From: Eledone cirrhosa
Taxonomy: Eukaryota
Length of the DNA stretch: 64,000 bases
Direction: 5' to 3'
Assembly: GCA_964016885.1 (NCBI GenBank)
Contig: OZ024746.1
Span: 37,510,001-37,574,000, forward strand
Shown piece by piece: positions 58,804-64,000 of the stretch (positions are counted from its first letter, which is position 1; every line of letters starts with the position of its first letter). Made by a program: the position numbers and the translations under genes. The notes under the pieces are model-generated. The model was not told the DNA's origin and did no database searches. It saw nothing but the letters and a program-made list of their open reading frames with translations.

Positions 58804-60148
58804 TCAAGGCGGTTGATTTATCGTAGGAGTGTCAATCCAGTTACAGATCAGATGTGATTTCAGATGAGGACAGCATCTGAAGATCTCAGTCTTTGAGTTA
58901 AGGCAAGCGGAAGTGGCTCTCAAGTTTAGCAAAATCCTATACTTTTCTGTGGTACACAAAGAACAATTATTTGTGCCCCTTTGGTACTCCCTCGAATGGT
59001 CTAATATAGACCAATCAATAGAGTACGGGATATTACTATCCTTGAGATCCCATACCTTACTTGCGAGGGCCGTTGATGTTCGTTTATCTGAGTGTTTAAA
59101 AGAAGCGACATGTGAGTAAAATCTGGTTTTAAACCTGTCCTGGGTCATACCGACATATCGCTCACTTCTGGCTGGCTGGTTGTTGATAACTGGCGTTATC
59201 TTAGCCTCATAAACGACAGATTTTGTGTTACATTTACCCTTAAAGGGGCATTCATCTGGCTTCCTGCAACTGCATCCTGGATTTATCCTCGTACGGTTTG
59301 AACTGGTGATTTTGGACTTCATGGATGGGCAACAAGAGTAGCTCATCTTAACTACATTCCTATTAAAAATCTTATAATATCTATGAATAGGAGGAAAATG
59401 TTTGTCTAATAGTTCAAGGAATTTCATTCCTACATTAGTTTTGACATTTAGAGAGAAGGGGGGTGTGAACCAAATAATCTTCCTTTTCCTGTTATTATGG
59501 TTAGTTTTAGGGGGGGGAGTAGGTAAATAAGAAATATTTTCTGTAAAACCGCTGTTCTTAAGGGCTTTATTATAATAAGGGGCGGCTTTATTAAAAATGT
59601 CTATAGACGAAGATAAGGTAGAAATCCTACGGCTAATGTTAAGAATAAGATTATTAAAAACTATAGGGGGATGGCAAGACTCTTTGTGTATATACCTAAG
59701 ATTTTCATTAGGTTTATGATAGGGTTTAAAAGAGGCAGTAAGTAGATCAAGATTAATATCAAGAAAGTTAGCATTAGTAAGGTTCGTATCTATAGTAATT
59801 TTAAGGTTAAGATTAGCAAAAGTACTAATTAAATCTTTACGGAATTTATCAAGATTATGGCCGTTGGTGGTATGAGAAACTGCTAATCCGTCATCACGGT
59901 ATAAACCGATATTATGGGACGGAAATTTCTCTTTGAGTGTGTGGAGAAGGAATAATCCTACTAAGTCGCACACATCCGCACTGTCATAGGAACCCATTGC
60001 AACATCGAAAGAGTTTTCAGGGTTTGACTTGTTAACCCAAATATTATCATTAGTAAAAAGTAAAGTTTTTCTAGCATGAAAGATAATGTCCTCTTCTAAT
60101 TTGGAGATATTAATGAAGGGTCTTGCAAAATCTAAGGCTTTAGTTAAT
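58804..60148 (-). CDS. PLE RT C-half + GIY-YIG endonuclease; open frame, 5'-truncated at (TA)n
   Basis: IIFHARKTLL..FDVAMGSYDSADVCDLVGL, GLYRDDG, NFLDINLDL, CSCRKPDECPFKGKC, VVYEA..YVGMT..FKTRF, CSLCTTE, CCPH. Confidence 0.92.
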
Positions 60149-60625
60149 ACACATATATATATATATACATATAATATATTATAAAGAAAGAAGAAACATT
60201 AGACATGAATAAAAAAAAATATAAATACCCAATATTTCTCCACATTCTCGACTGTACCGTTTCGTGGCTGCTTTGCAAGAACATTACATCATAGAGATGC
60301 AGTATTTTTGTGAGGTTTTCCAGCTTGTCAAGAGAATACCTTTTTTTAAAGTTTCAAAACACGTCCGTAAGGCGTGGGAGAGAATCCCGGAAGGGCGGAG
60401 GGGGAGCTTATCACGTGATACAGCGGTCAAGAAACGTTAAGAAAGTTAAGGCTCTTACAACCAAGAGAAAAATACTACAAAAGCCGGAGGAAGCATTAAT
60501 ATATAGGCTACAGATGACGTGGCTAAGGAGGACTAGAAGTGTAAATAGTGTAAGCTTGACAAGAGTAACTATACTTCCGGGGTTACTCTACCGTATGGAG
60601 TTATACACATTGTGTATGTACACAT

Positions 60626-60706
<81 letters not shown>

Positions 60707-61219
60707 TTGTTATAGCTCTGGTTCATCTGAATCATTGAGCACTTGCCACACATCTCGGCGGTTGTTTTTTCGTTATTTGATGTCGTGGGCCGAGATGCGA
60801 CTCTCGATAATTTATATTTGTATTAATCTCCAGACTCTAGCAATAGACCAGTTAATTTTCTTGATTTTTTAGTTGATTCTATTGACTGATGAATGGCTTA
60901 TGTTAACTTTAACCCCTATGTTGAGAACTCTATTCGATTTGTGATGTTTTTCATTCATACAATAATATACACAACTGAATTCATTCGGCTGATATAGGGG
61001 TTGCCTGCCATGCCGATCCCCACGTGGGGTCAGCAATAGTCAGTCCTTGTATTAGCATTGTACTAAAACCTGATGAGAAAGCAGCTTCCTTGTCCAATCA
61101 TCTTACCAGAAGCCTAACATTATTTATGTAAGCGGAAACCTTCCAGGGGTCCGGCTAAATTTTCAATCACAAATATTTTTTCGTGGGTCGAAATGCGATT
61201 CTCGATAATTTATATTTGT

Positions 61220-61257
<38 letters not shown>

Positions 61258-61261
<4 letters not shown>

Positions 61262-61800
61262 TTAATATAGATGAGATTCTACAGGACTAGAACTGTTTCA
61301 TTCATTAGAAATCATCAGGAATCTGGGTATCAAAAAATGAGTATGGTATATATAGATCTCTACAAGTGGTAGGAGAGGGTGGGGAGTGGGATGGGTGTAG
61401 GTCATTGGTTGATAGAATTCATTAAAAGCAAATTCTACAAGGCTATAGTTTATTTTAATTTTTAGAGTTACAAAGGCAGAAAGAATTCTATAAACAGGTT
61501 CAGGATGGCATGCCAATCCTTATTATTAAGTTTCTCTTGAGCTAACAGGTGTCTATAAAATCAGAGGGTGTCAGTCATGATAGATAGATTTAAAGGAAAG
61601 GGAGATTATTTAAAAGCTAATTCTTTACTAAGTGACAAAGTTTTAGAATTATGTAGACAAATTCAAAATATTGAGTGCAATCTTACAATTGTCCTCAAAT
61701 TTCTCTTAAACTATTCAACTATATGCCAAAATCAACAGACACATTCACAAAACATACTCACTCATACACTCGCGCGCACCCATAGACGGACCCACATACA
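61258..61800 (-). mobile_element. PLE 3' UTR/pseudo-LTR (family D), tail-less copy
   Basis: Inverse homolog of 28440-29003. Confidence 0.8.
61274..61324 (-). ncRNA. Type I hammerhead ribozyme (family D)
   Basis: AGATTC-CTGATGA-TTTC-TAAT-GAAT-GAAA-CAG..CTG-TA-GAATCT. Confidence 0.75.
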
Positions 61801-61801
61801 C

Positions 61802-61842
<41 letters not shown>

Positions 61843-61885
61843 TACACACACATACATATAAACATATATATACATATATACACAC

Positions 61886-61980
<95 letters not shown>

Positions 61981-61982
<2 letters not shown>

Positions 61983-63065
61983 ATGAAAATAAAATGAAAG
62001 TGCTTTTTTTAAAAAAAGGGAATTTATTAGGTATTGACATATGTTTCTGTAACAGACGGAATACCTATGTATCGCTGCTTGCGTAATCATATAATGTTAG
62101 CAAGTATTCGATAGCAAATCAGTTGTCACTTCTTCAGAGATTTTGGATAAATTGGAAAAAAACAGAAAAATTGAATTATTTATATTAGTTGTAATAGAGG
62201 AAGAAGACAGGGGATAGTATATGACAGATGGTAATTCAATTTACTGCTAAACAAGTATATAAAGGGTTTCTAATGAAAATACAATGAGTAAATGGTTTAT
62301 TTTATCTAAATAAGAATTTTTGGGAGTGCCTATTTTAATCTATACTTGACCAATTGAACAATGGATAGGGCTGGTCATTTGGTGTAGTAGTATTAATTAT
62401 AAAGTGTCAATTAATGAAGGGGGAGATTTCGATTGCTCCTGAATAACATCAATGCTAGTAGCCAGCTGGTATATGCATTAGGGAATTGAATTAAGAAATC
62501 TCATTTTATCTATAGCAGTTTATATTAAATGGTAAATAATAGAAGAGTTGATAGAATTAAGACTAATAGAGAATGTTAATATGTATTTTGACAATCAAAC
62601 GGAGATGGAGACAGGCGTTCAATCCTGGTAGTATTTGTAACATGAAAATGTAGATTTTAAGCGATGGTTACAGTATAACGATCGCTCTATTCTGTTATTT
62701 AATAAAATGTTTTTGGATATCATAATACAAAATAATTCCATTTACATAATTTACAAAATTCCTGTCCGTGGGAGTATGGAGGGGAAGACACTATTATATC
62801 GCATTTTAGGTGAAATTGTTGGTTATTTTAACGCAGCTGCCAAGCCTTGTCTGCGAGTGTTGATAAATAACGCTGGTTTTCATGTTTTATCGAGTAACGA
62901 TGTCTATAAAGGCGTGATTTGAAGGAGGTGGCTGTAGAACCCACATAGTACCACTTCTGGCTATCTGATTCGATTGTACATTTGTATATTATGTTGCGTT
63001 CAAGACACTGATTGTTCAACGGACACATTCCTGGTTGGACACAGTTACAGTTATAATTTTGCGTT
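61981..63065 (-). mobile_element. 5'-truncated PLE: GIY-YIG fragment (~62630-63065) plus 3' UTR (family E)
   Basis: CNCVQPGMCPLNNQCLERNIIYKC..YYVGSTATSFKSRL; stop/frameshift afterwards; 3' end shared with 53410 and 63662 copies. Confidence 0.85.
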
Positions 63066-63074
63066 GTATATATA

Positions 63075-63106
<32 letters not shown>

Positions 63107-63155
63107 AAATAAAGTTAAATAAAAGTCAAATGATTAAAATTTAGCTTCGTTTATT

Positions 63156-63210
63156 ACTGCTATATATATTTCAGTGACAGCCATCTTTGGCTGTGACCTC
63201 TTCAGGCAGT
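63156..63210 (-). ncRNA. Minimal type I hammerhead ribozyme
   Basis: Minus strand ACTGC-CTGAAGA-GGTCACAGCC-AAAGAT-GGCTGTCACT-GAAA-TATATA-TA-GCAGT. Confidence 0.88.
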
Positions 63211-63321
63211 TTGAATTAGTATGGTATAGACAAGTACATATGTTGTTTAGGTGTATGATATTGTCAATACTCTGATATGCCCAGTTCCTTGTTGGGTTGT
63301 TAATTCACTGGGGAACTGGAG

Positions 63322-63374
<53 letters not shown>

Positions 63375-63487
63375 CACACATACATACATATACACAAATA
63401 TATACATATACATATACATATATATACACATACATACACACACACATACATATGCATATACACACATACACACACATACATATATTT

Positions 63488-63550
<63 letters not shown>

Positions 63551-63553
<3 letters not shown>

Positions 63554-63887
63554 CAGGTTATCAATAATATAGTGATAATATATCGTTACGTTAGAGATGA
63601 ACAGCGTACGTGCACGTTTGCTCAACGAGTATAAATTATATTCCGGAGAAAATGTAGAAAGGATGAATATAAAATGAAAGTGCTTTTTTTAAAAAGGAAT
63701 TTATTAGGTATTGACATATGTTTCTGTAACATACAAAATACCTATGTATCGCTGCTTGCGTAATCATATAATGTTAGCAAGTATTCGATAGCAAATGTAT
63801 AATCAGTTGTCACTTCTGCAGAGATTTTGGATACATTGGATAAAAATCAGAAAAATTGAACTATTTATATTAGTAATAGAGGAAGAA
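63551..63887 (-). mobile_element. Family E PLE 3' end with ~110-bp tail (63551-63660)
   Basis: 63662-63887 matches 61982-62205; extra tail abuts (TA)n. Confidence 0.78.
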
Positions 63888-64000
63888 AAATTAAAATTTT
63901 GCGTTGTTGTATTGTCATGGATGGGTTGATGAGGTTGCTTATGTAGAACAGGATGTTGTTTGTTGTTTTGTGATGTTATAGCTAATGTTTTACGTGTATT

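Noticed and set aside
60245-60298. Hammerhead-like motif on minus strand
   Set aside because: Core too degenerate (ATGATGT) and stem II poor

Overview
AT-rich, microsatellite-saturated eukaryotic (animal) non-genic DNA. It is probably from a coleoid cephalopod such as Octopus; this is inferred from the SINE type and repeat landscape and is not verified. No host protein-coding gene is supportable, and almost all ORF-track entries are translations of (TA)n/(CA)n/(CT)n/(GAT)n. The window is dominated by Penelope-like retroelements (PLEs) with RT plus a C-terminal GIY-YIG endonuclease and a CxC-x5-CP-x4-C linker, best matching the Hydra clade. Seven coding copies or fragments are present, including one ~680-codon open frame (24341-26389) and a 6.8-kb head-to-head inverted pair (29148-35950). 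Their 3' ends carry minimal type I hammerhead ribozymes (about 15 recognisable motifs on both strands, several with variant cores). The most striking pattern is that at least five unrelated PLE-3'-end-like families form asymmetric fold-backs inside (TA)n tracts. One arm runs to the full 3' terminus, and the other stops at a family-specific internal site about 50-110 bp earlier. This includes a three-unit array of ~330-430 bp palindromes with a hammerhead on each strand (16437-17710). tRNA-derived SINEs, RTE-type LINE fragments and a Tc1/mariner remnant are also present.
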